Positions 18,163 to 26,036 of a stretch of 64,000 nucleotides of DNA are shown here, one piece after another. The DNA is taken from sequence record ON529851.1. One strand, 5' to 3'. Under the pieces are notes generated by a model. It was not told the DNA's origin. It was given only the letters and a program-made list of their open reading frames with translations, and did not search any database. Every line of letters begins with the position of its first letter. The first letter of the stretch is position 1. A program made the translations under genes and the position numbers.

Positions 18163-18431
18163 GCCAACGCCGCCCGACCCGCGTCAGTAATGACGGCAAA
18201 GGCGATCTTGGCGCCCTTGTGGGTCTTGTAGGGGCTGATTCGGGGCTCTTCCGTGATCAGGGCTTCACGACGCAGGCGATTCGACACGCCGGGATTGATC
18301 TCCTGCATCGGCAGGGGAGCACGCGCCAGGCCGCGCAGAACGCCCAGGGCGTGGGCGGACAGCGGATGGGTCCGGGTCCCGTTGTTCGGCGGGATCGTCG
18401 TCTGATCCATGTGTTCCTCCGCTGCTGACAT
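18159..18431 (-). CDS. hypothetical protein, possibly winged-helix
   Basis: 90 aa; ATG lies 5 nt after a -10 element, suggesting a leaderless mRNA. Confidence 0.55.
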   Translation of the reverse strand: MSAAEEHMDQTTIPPNNGTRTHPLSAHALGVLRGLARAPLPMQEINPGVSNRLRREALITEEPRISPYKTHKGAKIAFAVITDAGRAALA

Positions 18432-18436
18432 GACGG

Positions 18437-18470
18437 TTCTTACGGCGCCGGGCGCCAGTCGTCAACGCTC
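18437..18470 (-). promoter_or_regulatory. sigma70-like promoter (GAGCG-TTGACG class)
   Basis: GAGCG TTGACG-17 nt-TAAGAA. Confidence 0.6.
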
Positions 18471-18490
18471 AACGTCTGGGCGGCGGCCCA

Positions 18491-18871
18491 TCAGGCGGCG
18501 GGGTGCGGCACGACGCCGAGCGCGCGCAGGGTCGCGATGTTGCCGGCGGCCTGAGCGATCACGCGGTCGCGCGCCGGGCCGTCCATGGCCGAGCCGAAGC
18601 CCTCGCTGACGGCGAAGGTCGTGCAGTCGGGGTTGGAATCCTTGATTAGTCCGTAGAGGACGGCTTCGAACTCGCGGTATCCGTCCGAGTTGTCCAGAGC
18701 CAGCCCCAGGGCCACCAGTTCGCCGCGCAGGTGAACGAACGTCGCGGCGAAGAAGGCGTTCAGCGCCTTGGCGTCTTCATAGGCGCCTTCAGGCGCGTCC
18801 TGGGCGCAAGCCTCCAGGTTGGAAAGCTGCGCGCTCAAGGCGCCGGCGTTGATGCAGGTGCGGATGGTCAT
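18491..18871 (-). CDS. hypothetical protein
   Basis: ATG 18871 with GAGGAGG RBS, downstream of box promoter. Confidence 0.7.
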   Translation of the reverse strand: MTIRTCINAGALSAQLSNLEACAQDAPEGAYEDAKALNAFFAATFVHLRGELVALGLALDNSDGYREFEAVLYGLIKDSNPDCTTFAVSEGFGSAMDGPARDRVIAQAAGNIATLRALGVVPHPAA

Positions 18872-18904
18872 GGTGGGTCCTCCTCGAATGTCGTCAGCCG
18901 GGGT

Positions 18905-18931
18905 TGTAAAGGAATGCTTTGCGTAATGCAA
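18905..18931 (-). promoter_or_regulatory. promoter with TTCCTTTACA box (copy 5)
   Basis: TTGCAT-N11-TTCCTTTACA. Confidence 0.65.
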
Positions 18932-18934
18932 GCC

Positions 18935-19354
18935 CTATTCAACGCCGGACGTTTCGATCTGGGCCGCGCGCTTGGGGGTCAGGCGCCAATCGAGGAAGAA
19001 CACCCTGAAACCGAGTTTCGACCGCATCAGTTGCAGGCCCAGCAGATCGAACTGGATGTACCCCCGGTCCTTGGTCAGCGCCTCCGTCAGGCCGTAGTCT
19101 TCCACCGGACCCGCCTGGTAGGCCCAGGCGAGGTTGAAGAGCCGGCGCACGCCCAGGGAGACGGCGTAAACGCGCTGGCACTGATCCCAGTTGATGTCGA
19201 ACCCGACCCCGAGCAGGTGGGCGCGTCGGGTCCAGCGGGTCGCCGGCCGGGACAGGCCGAGGAAGGGCGCCCAGTCATGGTGGTGGAAGGAGACCTTCAG
19301 CCAGGGACGGCTGATGCGGAAGGTTCCGGGAGCAGGGGCGGCGGGATGGGTCAT
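18935..19354 (-). CDS. hypothetical protein
   Basis: 139 aa; AAGGAGG RBS; aromatic-rich. Confidence 0.65.
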   Translation of the reverse strand: MTHPAAPAPGTFRISRPWLKVSFHHHDWAPFLGLSRPATRWTRRAHLLGVGFDINWDQCQRVYAVSLGVRRLFNLAWAYQAGPVEDYGLTEALTKDRGYIQFDLLGLQLMRSKLGFRVFFLDWRLTPKRAAQIETSGVE

Positions 19355-19382
19355 CAGGTCCTCCTTGGATGTCGTCCAGACC

Positions 19383-19411
19383 GCCTTAAATCATTCCTTT
19401 ACAGAAGTCAA
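19383..19411 (-). promoter_or_regulatory. promoter with an INVERTED TTCCTTTACA box in its spacer (copy 6)
   Basis: TTGACT-TCTGTAAAGGAATGATT-TAAGGC. Confidence 0.65.
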
Positions 19412-19530
19412 CGCCGGCGAAACCAGCGCCGGAACCAGCCCCAGTTGAACGTCACGGTTTTTCGGAAGGCTTCGTTGCGCATGATCCAGGGGCCGAAACG
19501 TCGGGCGTTCCAGGGGTCAGGCAGGTGCAT
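19408..19530 (-). CDS. 40-aa Trp/Arg-rich micro-ORF (not in the ORF track)
   Basis: Manual translation MHLPDPWNARRFGPWIMRNEAFRKTVTFNWGWFRRWFRRR; GAGG 7 nt upstream. Confidence 0.4.
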   Translation of the reverse strand: MHLPDPWNARRFGPWIMRNEAFRKTVTFNWGWFRRWFRRR

Positions 19531-19551
19531 GGCGGGCCTCGTAAACGACTA

Positions 19552-19582
19552 AGGCCGCCCACCTTAACCAAGCGGGCGGCCT
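19552..19582 (-). terminator. GC-rich stem-loop, probable terminator
   Basis: AGGCCGCCC / GGGCGGCCT inverted repeat after the 19596 gene; weak U tail. Confidence 0.45.
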
Positions 19583-19595
19583 CGTCTAGCCTCGA

Positions 19596-20084
19596 TCACG
19601 TAAACTCGAACTGGTCGTGACAGGAACCCTGGCAATCCATCGGGGCCAGGTCCGCCAGAACGTCGTAGACGGCGCGCACCCTGGGATCGCCTTCGGGCTC
19701 CAGCTTGACCCCGTACTTGGCCGCGACGGTGTAGGTGTCGTCGCCGACATCAATCTCCACCGACAGCGCCAGCTTGGTGTAGCGGCCGACGTATTCGCCG
19801 CGCGCCTTCTTGGCCTTGTCCCAGCGGTCCAGATCAGCGATGACCCGGAACGCCTGGGCCTTCGCCAGGGCCATGCCCATCTGCGCCCAGTCCTCGTCGT
19901 CGAACAGGTCCGCCTCGGGCGGCACAAAGACCTTGAACATCGCCTTGTATTGGTCGAAGCGCTTGCGCGCGCCGGGATGGCCGCACATCATGGCGGTCGC
20001 CGCCGCCAGGCCCATCGCCTGCATCAGCATGGGCGCGTCTGTGACGTCGAACTCGATCGTTCGCGTGTTGCGGCTGTTGCTCAT
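19596..20084 (-). CDS. hypothetical protein
   Basis: ATG 20084 with GAGGAGG RBS. Confidence 0.65.
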   Translation of the reverse strand: MSNSRNTRTIEFDVTDAPMLMQAMGLAAATAMMCGHPGARKRFDQYKAMFKVFVPPEADLFDDEDWAQMGMALAKAQAFRVIADLDRWDKAKKARGEYVGRYTKLALSVEIDVGDDTYTVAAKYGVKLEPEGDPRVRAVYDVLADLAPMDCQGSCHDQFEFT

Positions 20085-20134
20085 CGGGTCCTCCTCAAGG
20101 TCGTCGGCCGGCATAGAGCATAGCTGACGCCCTT

Positions 20135-20144
20135 TGTAAAGGAA
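20135..20144 (-). promoter_or_regulatory. TTCCTTTACA box (copy 7) without a -35 at the usual distance
   Basis: Exact 10-mer in the intergenic gap upstream of the 19596 gene. Confidence 0.55.
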
Positions 20145-20147
20145 CGA

Positions 20148-20723
20148 TCAGCGACGAAACGCCGGCAACTGGACATAGCCGGGCGATGCGAACCCGGTCC
20201 CCGCCTGCGCCTCCAGCCATTGGCGCGCGATCAACTGGTGCGTCGGCCAGCAGAGTTCGAATTCGCTGTCGCGGTGCAACACGGTCCAGTCGTACATTTC
20301 GCTGGTGTCTTGCAGCTTGTCGAAATCCTGCTGCGCCAGGGCGGTGTTGTTCTGCACGAAGACGAGCGACTGCGTGCCGCTGGTCGAGGGCAGGTCCCCC
20401 AGGGTGACGCAGGAGCGCGATGTCACTACGGCCAGGTCGACGCCGGTCTCTTCACGGAACTCACGACAGGCCCCCTCCAGAGAAGTCTCGCCGATTTCCT
20501 GGAAGCCGCCGGGGAGGGCGTAGCCGTGCTTGGCGGGCTCAATGCCCCGCTTGGCGACCGCCAGGCCCAGGCCGCCAGAAACGAGGACCGGTTGCAGCAG
20601 CAGCAGGACCGGACGCGGATTTTGCCAGTCGGTGATGTCGCAGGCGTGGCAGTGGGGATGGGGCTGGGCGCGCTCAACCGCGAGGAAGGCGGCGCCGCAG
20701 GAGGAGCAGTGGGGAGGGTTCAT
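20148..20723 (-). CDS. Nudix hydrolase with N-terminal zinc ribbon
   Basis: CSSCG..CHAC..NPRP; Nudix box PGGFQEIGETSLEGACREFREETG. Confidence 0.85.
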   Translation of the reverse strand: MNPPHCSSCGAAFLAVERAQPHPHCHACDITDWQNPRPVLLLLQPVLVSGGLGLAVAKRGIEPAKHGYALPGGFQEIGETSLEGACREFREETGVDLAVVTSRSCVTLGDLPSTSGTQSLVFVQNNTALAQQDFDKLQDTSEMYDWTVLHRDSEFELCWPTHQLIARQWLEAQAGTGFASPGYVQLPAFRR

Positions 20724-20737
20724 GAGGAGCCTTGAGA

Positions 20738-21055
20738 CTAGGGGAGCAGCTTGTAGTCGGTGCCGTAGTTGGTGCCACGGTTGCGCGGCGCGCAGACGGC
20801 GCCGCGCACGGGGACGCCGGCGCGCTTGGCGGTGAAGAAGAAGCCTTCGCGCTGGGGCGTCCAGACGCTCTGTGCAGGACGCGGCGCGCCCTCCAGCGCG
20901 CAATCGAAACTGCGGGGCTCCAGCTTCACGTCCGTGAGCCCCGCCAGGCGCAGCGTCGCCGCCGCACGGTTGCCGGCGACGCCGCTTTCGGGCGGCATGG
21001 TGCAGGAGGCCGCCAACATCAACAGGGTGGCGGCAAGGGTCAGTCGGAACATCAA
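20738..21055 (-). CDS. putative lipoprotein
   Basis: Signal peptide with lipobox LAASC. Confidence 0.6.
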   Translation of the reverse strand: MMFRLTLAATLLMLAASCTMPPESGVAGNRAAATLRLAGLTDVKLEPRSFDCALEGAPRPAQSVWTPQREGFFFTAKRAGVPVRGAVCAPRNRGTNYGTDYKLLP

Positions 21056-21777
21056 TCGTCCTTTTTGTTTTTCAGCGAGGCGATGACCCGATGGGTGATC
21101 TTGCGGCGTTCGCCGGCCGTCTCGCTCAGGGCTTCCAGTTCGGCGATCGTGCGCCGCTCCGGAGTGGAGAGCCAGTCGTTCAGGTCGACCGGGATCGGGC
21201 TCATGTTGACGAAGGTCGGCGAGGCGCGCAGGCCCTGGATCAGGCCGTGAACCAGGGGGCGGTTGTGGCTGACCACCACCACGCCGTGACAGGCGTCGTT
21301 CATGCCCCCGTCGGCTTGCGCCGTGCGGGCCTTGACGCCGATCAGTTCGCCCAGGGCGCGGGCGTAGCCGTCCGACAGGCCCATCTCGGGCTCGTCCAGC
21401 ATCAGCACGCCGGCGTCGCCTTCTCGCCCGGCGTTGTTGAAGCCGCTGCGCACCACCCGCGCCGAGGTGGCGCCAGTGGACTGTTCTTCCTCGTCGCCGT
21501 AGATGAAGGCGCGGCGCATGCGCGCCATCTCGAAGGTCCCGCCGCCGGTCCGCTCGCGGATCGACAGGGTGACGGCGGTGATCTTTTCCTGCTGGAGCGT
21601 CCCCGCCAGGATGCGGAACACCAGGCTCTTGCCCGAGGCGTTCTCGCCGGTGATCACCACCACGCGCGGATCGCCCTCATGGAACTGACCCTTGAACGGG
21701 CAGTCGGGGTGCTCGAAGAAGGGTGACTGCTCGAACAGGTCGCGCGTGACGCGCGGCAGGAGGAAGCGTTCGCTCAC
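21052..21777 (-). CDS. stand-alone ABC-type/AAA ATPase
   Basis: Walker A GENASGKS, Walker B LMLDEPE.GLS, H-loop VVSHN; GTG 21777. Confidence 0.75.
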   Translation of the reverse strand: MSERFLLPRVTRDLFEQSPFFEHPDCPFKGQFHEGDPRVVVITGENASGKSLVFRILAGTLQQEKITAVTLSIRERTGGGTFEMARMRRAFIYGDEEEQSTGATSARVVRSGFNNAGREGDAGVLMLDEPEMGLSDGYARALGELIGVKARTAQADGGMNDACHGVVVVSHNRPLVHGLIQGLRASPTFVNMSPIPVDLNDWLSTPERRTIAELEALSETAGERRKITHRVIASLKNKKDD

Positions 21778-21778
21778 G

Positions 21779-22030
21779 TCAGTCTCCGAACTGCGCCGTG
21801 CCGAGGTCGATGACGCCCTTGTCGGGGAAGTCGTCGCGGGTGGAAGTCGGCAGGAAGACCGGCGCGCCCTCCATGACGAAGAGCACGGAGCCCTTGGACC
21901 CGGCATGGGCGGAGAACACCATGCGGGCGTGCGCCAGCGCCAGGTCGGCGTCGGGCGCGCGCACCCGATAGGCCTTGGGGTTGGCGGCCTCGTAGGATTC
22001 GGTCACGATAACCGTAAACAGCTTCAGCAT
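21779..22030 (-). CDS. hypothetical protein
   Basis: ATG 22030 with AAGGAGG RBS, downstream of box promoter. Confidence 0.65.
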   Translation of the reverse strand: MLKLFTVIVTESYEAANPKAYRVRAPDADLALAHARMVFSAHAGSKGSVLFVMEGAPVFLPTSTRDDFPDKGVIDLGTAQFGD

Positions 22031-22057
22031 GGGGTCCTCCTTGTCGTCAGGGGATGC

Positions 22058-22084
22058 TGTAAAGGAATGATCTGCGGATGTCAA
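22058..22084 (-). promoter_or_regulatory. promoter with TTCCTTTACA box (copy 8)
   Basis: TTGACA-N11-TTCCTTTACA; spacer nearly identical to copy 1. Confidence 0.75.
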
Positions 22085-22449
22085 TCGGCATTCGCGATCT
22101 CGCACAGCCAGTCGCCGTGACAGCGTAGAGGGGCGCAGGCGCACATCAGGTGGCGGCCTTTGAGTTGGCGCCGCACGAGGGCGAGGAAGGATTCGTCCTG
22201 GCTCTTCTCGGCGATGAACTTGTCAATGACCGTGTCCCGATCCCCGTCCCGGCCGATCAGGTAGCCATTGCCGTAAGGCGTGCCGCGCATGATCGAGGTC
22301 GTCCCCGGCGGCCAGTTATGGCGGTCGAAATCGCGCGCGTTCAGGACCTCGGGCGGACGCGGATGCTTCGCCTTCAGGTGGGTGCGTAGATGCGACTTGC
22401 CCAGGAACCACTCGTCGCAGTCCGGGCACTTGTAGGAGGCGCCGCCCAT
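22081..22449 (-). CDS. DUF4326-like protein with N-terminal C2H2 zinc finger
   Basis: CPDC..F..L..H...KH, then RGTPYGN..G.R..V and LKGRHLMCACAPLRCHGDWL..AN. Confidence 0.7.
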   Translation of the reverse strand: MGGASYKCPDCDEWFLGKSHLRTHLKAKHPRPPEVLNARDFDRHNWPPGTTSIMRGTPYGNGYLIGRDGDRDTVIDKFIAEKSQDESFLALVRRQLKGRHLMCACAPLRCHGDWLCEIANAD

Positions 22450-22964
22450 CAGCGCTCGGCCTTCGGGTGCGTGTTGGTCAAGGCCCAGCCCTGCTGGAAG
22501 GTGGTCAGCCCTTCCAGTTCGGCCTCGGTGAGCGCCTTGGCCCGGCCGCCGTTGCCCCAGCCGAACCAGGTCTGGAACGGCGCAGCCGGAAGGGCGTGAG
22601 CCGCCGCCATGCGGGCGACGGCGGCGCATTGCTCTGCGTCCGCGCCCCAGGTGGCGAGGTCGATCACGCCGTCATCGCGCACCCCGAGCAGGATGACGCC
22701 TTGCAGCGCGCGCTGCTCCGGCGCCAGGGCGCCGTGCCAGCCGCGCATGTAGTTCGCCAGGACGCTGGCGTCTTCCGCGTCTTCCGCGCGCGCTCGCCAT
22801 CCGGTGAAGCCCTCTAGCAGCAGCAGCAGGCCGACCGCTTTCAGGGCATGGCGCGCGATCAGCGCGTCCATCCGCTCATGGTGCTGCTCGCGCGCCTCCG
22901 CCGTGAAGAGGTCGCGCGCGTCGGCCGCCTTGAGCCGGCTGTCGGGGTCGTCCTTGATCGCCAT
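22449..22964 (-). CDS. hypothetical protein
   Basis: ATG 22964 overlapping upstream stop. Confidence 0.6.
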   Translation of the reverse strand: MAIKDDPDSRLKAADARDLFTAEAREQHHERMDALIARHALKAVGLLLLLEGFTGWRARAEDAEDASVLANYMRGWHGALAPEQRALQGVILLGVRDDGVIDLATWGADAEQCAAVARMAAAHALPAAPFQTWFGWGNGGRAKALTEAELEGLTTFQQGWALTNTHPKAER

Positions 22965-23398
22965 CAGGTCTTGTCCAGGTTGTAACGCTCGCGATCTCCG
23001 GGCGTCAGAATGCGTTCCAGGTCCTGGAGCGGCTTGACCAGGGACTGGGGGCCGCCCTTGACGGCGTCTTCGAACCGCACCGTCGCTTCCAGGGTGTCCT
23101 TGTCGATGTAGGCGATTCGGCCCTTGCAGTCGGGGATGTTGCGATGATGGAACTGTACGCGGTCGCCCACGCGCAGCGAACGCCACTTGACGGTAAGGAC
23201 CAGATTGGTGCCGATCCGGAGCGGTTCCGGCGGCTTCTCGCTCTTCTCGTTAAACGAGCGGGTATCGAAGAAGGGGCCAAGTACCTGCAACGTCACGCCG
23301 TTGGCGTCGAAGTGATTGTTGCTGCGCACGATCCTCATAGGCACGAGGACGACATCGTCTTCTCGCAGGTTGTGGGCGTCTTCCTTAGACAGGGACAT
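22964..23398 (-). CDS. hypothetical protein
   Basis: 144 aa; coupled. Confidence 0.6.
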   Translation of the reverse strand: MSLSKEDAHNLREDDVVLVPMRIVRSNNHFDANGVTLQVLGPFFDTRSFNEKSEKPPEPLRIGTNLVLTVKWRSLRVGDRVQFHHRNIPDCKGRIAYIDKDTLEATVRFEDAVKGGPQSLVKPLQDLERILTPGDRERYNLDKT

Positions 23399-23774
23399 CG
23401 GCGCTTCTTTCAGCGATCAGGCGGTAGAGCGACTGCGGGCTGGCGCGCTGGAGGCGGCGGCGGACGGCCCGGTCGGGGTGGGTGCAGGGCGGCCAGACGA
23501 CCAGGAGGTCGCGGCGCAGGGCGAGATAGTCGGCGGTGGGCAGGCCGTTGGGGCGGCTGACGTTGCACGCGACGCACGCGCCTCGGGTGTTGTCCTCAGC
23601 GTAGGTGCCGCCGTCCGACTTCTGCGTCAGGTGCTCCAGCGTGATCATGTCGGGCGGCTGATAGCCGCCCTCCATGGCGATCAAGCGCATTGGCCCGACA
23701 CAGTAGTGGCACAGACCGTCCTGGGCGTCGAACATGGCGCGCCGACGCTTTTGCCGGGCGGACGTCCGGCTCAC
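23385..23774 (-). CDS. HNH endonuclease
   Basis: CHYC..TLEHL..SDGG..N..ACVACN. Confidence 0.75.
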   Translation of the reverse strand: MSRTSARQKRRRAMFDAQDGLCHYCVGPMRLIAMEGGYQPPDMITLEHLTQKSDGGTYAEDNTRGACVACNVSRPNGLPTADYLALRRDLLVVWPPCTHPDRAVRRRLQRASPQSLYRLIAERSADVPV

Positions 23775-23777
23775 AGG

Positions 23778-24530
23778 CTAGGCTTCCTGGTTGCTCAGGG
23801 CGACGACCCGATCCAGCCCGATGGCGACCTCGAACACCGTCAGGCTGTTCTTGTGGGTCGTGCCCAGGTAGGGGTCGAACGTCGGGAAGTCGGTGCGGCG
23901 CGAGGTCGACGCGATTTCCTTGAACTCGGTGTGCGTCGGGACGGGGGACCAGAGGCCTTCGATGTCGATGGTCTCGGTGGCGTAGGTCGGCAGTCGGTCC
24001 GACGGGACCTGACGGGTCGGCTGACCGATGATCTGGGCCAGTTCGATCTCCAGGGCGTCCCGCAGCGCCGTGGCGTAGTCGGCGTGGCTGTCGGCGCGGT
24101 AGATGCACTGGAATTCCAGTTGGTAGAAGGCGTTGAACCGCAGTTTGGCGGCCGTGGCGCCGTCGGCGGCCTCGGTGCGGAACGACAGGCCGGCCTGCCA
24201 TACGCATAGCGGCGGCTTGGCGCTGGTCGCCTGGAGCAGGTGCTGGGCGTAGAGATAGGAGCCCGGCGTGGTCTCGGCGCGCAGCGCCCAGGTCTCGGCG
24301 TTCATCTCACGCCGCAACGAAAAGACGTCGTCGGCGTCATAGGCGTCCGAGAAGCCGGCAAGCGGCATGATGACCGGTGCCTCGACCCGTTCCAGGCGCC
24401 AGGACTGGTTGAGGTCCAGAAGAGTGCGCTCGACGCACCCCTTCAGTCGACCGACCGCCTGCTCGCGCTGCTGAATTTCCTTTTCGCTCCAGAATCGCAG
24501 ACCTGCGATCGGATATAGCGCGCGACTCAT
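23778..24530 (-). CDS. minimal class II aaRS catalytic domain, glycyl-tRNA synthetase (alpha2-type)-like, lacking an anticodon-binding domain
   Basis: LRAETTPG, motif 2 QAGLSFRTE..LRFNAFYQLEFQ, YATETIDIE..EIASTSRRTDF, motif 3 VFEVAIGLDR; protein ends a few residues after motif 3. Confidence 0.7.
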   Translation of the reverse strand: MSRALYPIAGLRFWSEKEIQQREQAVGRLKGCVERTLLDLNQSWRLERVEAPVIMPLAGFSDAYDADDVFSLRREMNAETWALRAETTPGSYLYAQHLLQATSAKPPLCVWQAGLSFRTEAADGATAAKLRFNAFYQLEFQCIYRADSHADYATALRDALEIELAQIIGQPTRQVPSDRLPTYATETIDIEGLWSPVPTHTEFKEIASTSRRTDFPTFDPYLGTTHKNSLTVFEVAIGLDRVVALSNQEA

Positions 24531-24560
24531 GGCGGCTCCTATGATTGACGGTGACGGTGA

Positions 24561-24589
24561 CAGTAGCCGTCAGGATAGTTGACTGTCAA
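24561..24589 (-). promoter_or_regulatory. sigma70-like promoter of the GlyRS-like gene
   Basis: TTGACA-17 nt-CTACTG. Confidence 0.55.
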
Positions 24590-24598
24590 GGCGTTCCG

Positions 24599-25144
24599 CT
24601 AGGACCAGCGGGTGATCCGCACGAGTTCTCGCGCCTGGACCGGGTCTCGCCCCGCCTTGATCCAGTCCTTCAGGATGAAGTCGCCGCGCAGCATCGGCCA
24701 CTCCCGCGAGAGCGCCGCCACGGCGCCGTCGTCGAAGGCCGCCTGATCCATGGGGACATAGCTGACCGGCAGATGGAGGGAGCGGGCCAGGTCGATTTCA
24801 CCGCGCACGCCCTCTGATGTCGCCGCGCCCGGCATGTCGATGACGACGATGGCGTCGCAGCGCGCCAGCAGCCGGCGGGAATAGTGCTGCCAGAACTCCC
24901 AGTTGCCGGGGATTTTGTGCTTGCCCAGGATGGCGTGGTTCATGAGCGGCGAGACCGGGAAGGTGTCGCCGGCCGTCAGCATGTCGGCGACGGTCTTGTC
25001 GAAGGCGCTCATGCGTGCGGCGACGATCAGCGGGTCGGGGTCGCTGTAGGGCGCCGCGACATAGACCAGGGAGGCGCTGGGCGACGGCCGGGCGAAGAAA
25101 GGATCGGCGATCTCTTCGGACGTGGGGTGTTGAATGTCGGTCAT
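24599..25144 (-). CDS. DUF1937 / nucleoside deoxyribosyltransferase-like fold protein
   Basis: VYVAAPYS..SPLMNH..W..LLARCDAIVV..SEGVRGEI.LA...PV. Confidence 0.65.
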   Translation of the reverse strand: MTDIQHPTSEEIADPFFARPSPSASLVYVAAPYSDPDPLIVAARMSAFDKTVADMLTAGDTFPVSPLMNHAILGKHKIPGNWEFWQHYSRRLLARCDAIVVIDMPGAATSEGVRGEIDLARSLHLPVSYVPMDQAAFDDGAVAALSREWPMLRGDFILKDWIKAGRDPVQARELVRITRWS

Positions 25145-25695
25145 GCGTCTTCCTCGTTTTCGGGCCACACGATCTCGTCGCGCATGACCTGGTCGAACTC
25201 GTCCCAGGCGGCGGCCGGCGTGGCGTGCAGGGTGGGCGAGCAGTCCCCGCCGGCGTGGACGCGGTAGCCGCCGTCTTCCGCCAGCACGGCCCAGGAACGC
25301 ATGTTCATCGCCGGCATCGGCCGGGAGCGGTCGACCAGGCCCGAGTGCACGACCCCGTCGGGGTTGAGGACCGGATCGTAGTAGTCCCCGGCGATGATCG
25401 CACGGATACGATCTTCAGGTTTCAGCGGCTCGCCCCGATCCAGCCGACGCAGGACCGCCGTATCGTACTGCGGTTGCGAGAGCGGCGGCAGGGGAACTTC
25501 CGAGATGGCGCCGATCCGCTCTACCCGCGCCTTACCGACCGGCCGATCCAGGAGCGTCGTCGCGCAAAAGTCGTCCGCCAGCACCTCGGCGCGATAGGCG
25601 GCGGCGTCGGCGCAGTCGATCTCCACGATGTATTCGGTGGTGACGCGGACCCTGGCCTTGAAAGACCGAGGTCTGTCGAGAATGTCGTCATACAT
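25141..25695 (-). CDS. hypothetical protein
   Basis: 184 aa; coupled downstream. Confidence 0.6.
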   Translation of the reverse strand: MYDDILDRPRSFKARVRVTTEYIVEIDCADAAAYRAEVLADDFCATTLLDRPVGKARVERIGAISEVPLPPLSQPQYDTAVLRRLDRGEPLKPEDRIRAIIAGDYYDPVLNPDGVVHSGLVDRSRPMPAMNMRSWAVLAEDGGYRVHAGGDCSPTLHATPAAAWDEFDQVMRDEIVWPENEEDA

Positions 25696-25728
25696 GAAAA
25701 AGGCCGCCTCCCTTGCAGGAGGCGACCT
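25696..25728 (-). terminator. intrinsic terminator overlapping a promoter and RBS
   Basis: AGGTCGCCTCC-TGCAAG-GGAGGCGGCCT-TTTT directly before ATG 25695. Confidence 0.65.
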
Positions 25729-25760
25729 CTATCAAGTAGCATTGACGTCTGTCAACGCTC
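25727..25760 (-). promoter_or_regulatory. sigma70-like promoter (GAGCG-TTGACA class)
   Basis: GAGCG TTGACA-17/18 nt-(A)TAGAG. Confidence 0.5.
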
Positions 25761-25773
25761 TAACGCACAACCC

Positions 25774-26013
25774 TCAGGCTTGAGACGTTGCGGCCGTTTC
25801 TGCGCCCTGCTGGATGGCGCCGAAGGTGACGCGGTCGCCGTCCTGAACCATGGCGATGCCCTCGACGTCGAGGGCCTGTTCTTGCTGCTCAGCGGTCGGT
25901 TCCGACTGCCCGAACTGCCCCAGCGCCAGCTTCGTGTCGTCCGGGAGGGCCTGGAGGCCCTGCTTGAGGTCGCCCACCGTCTTGAAAGTCGTCATGCCTT
26001 GGTCTTGCGCCAT
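25774..26013 (-). CDS. hypothetical protein
   Basis: 79 aa; AAGGA RBS. Confidence 0.55.
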   Translation of the reverse strand: MAQDQGMTTFKTVGDLKQGLQALPDDTKLALGQFGQSEPTAEQQEQALDVEGIAMVQDGDRVTFGAIQQGAETAATSQA

Positions 26014-26036
26014 GGTGTGGTCCTTACGTCTAGGGG

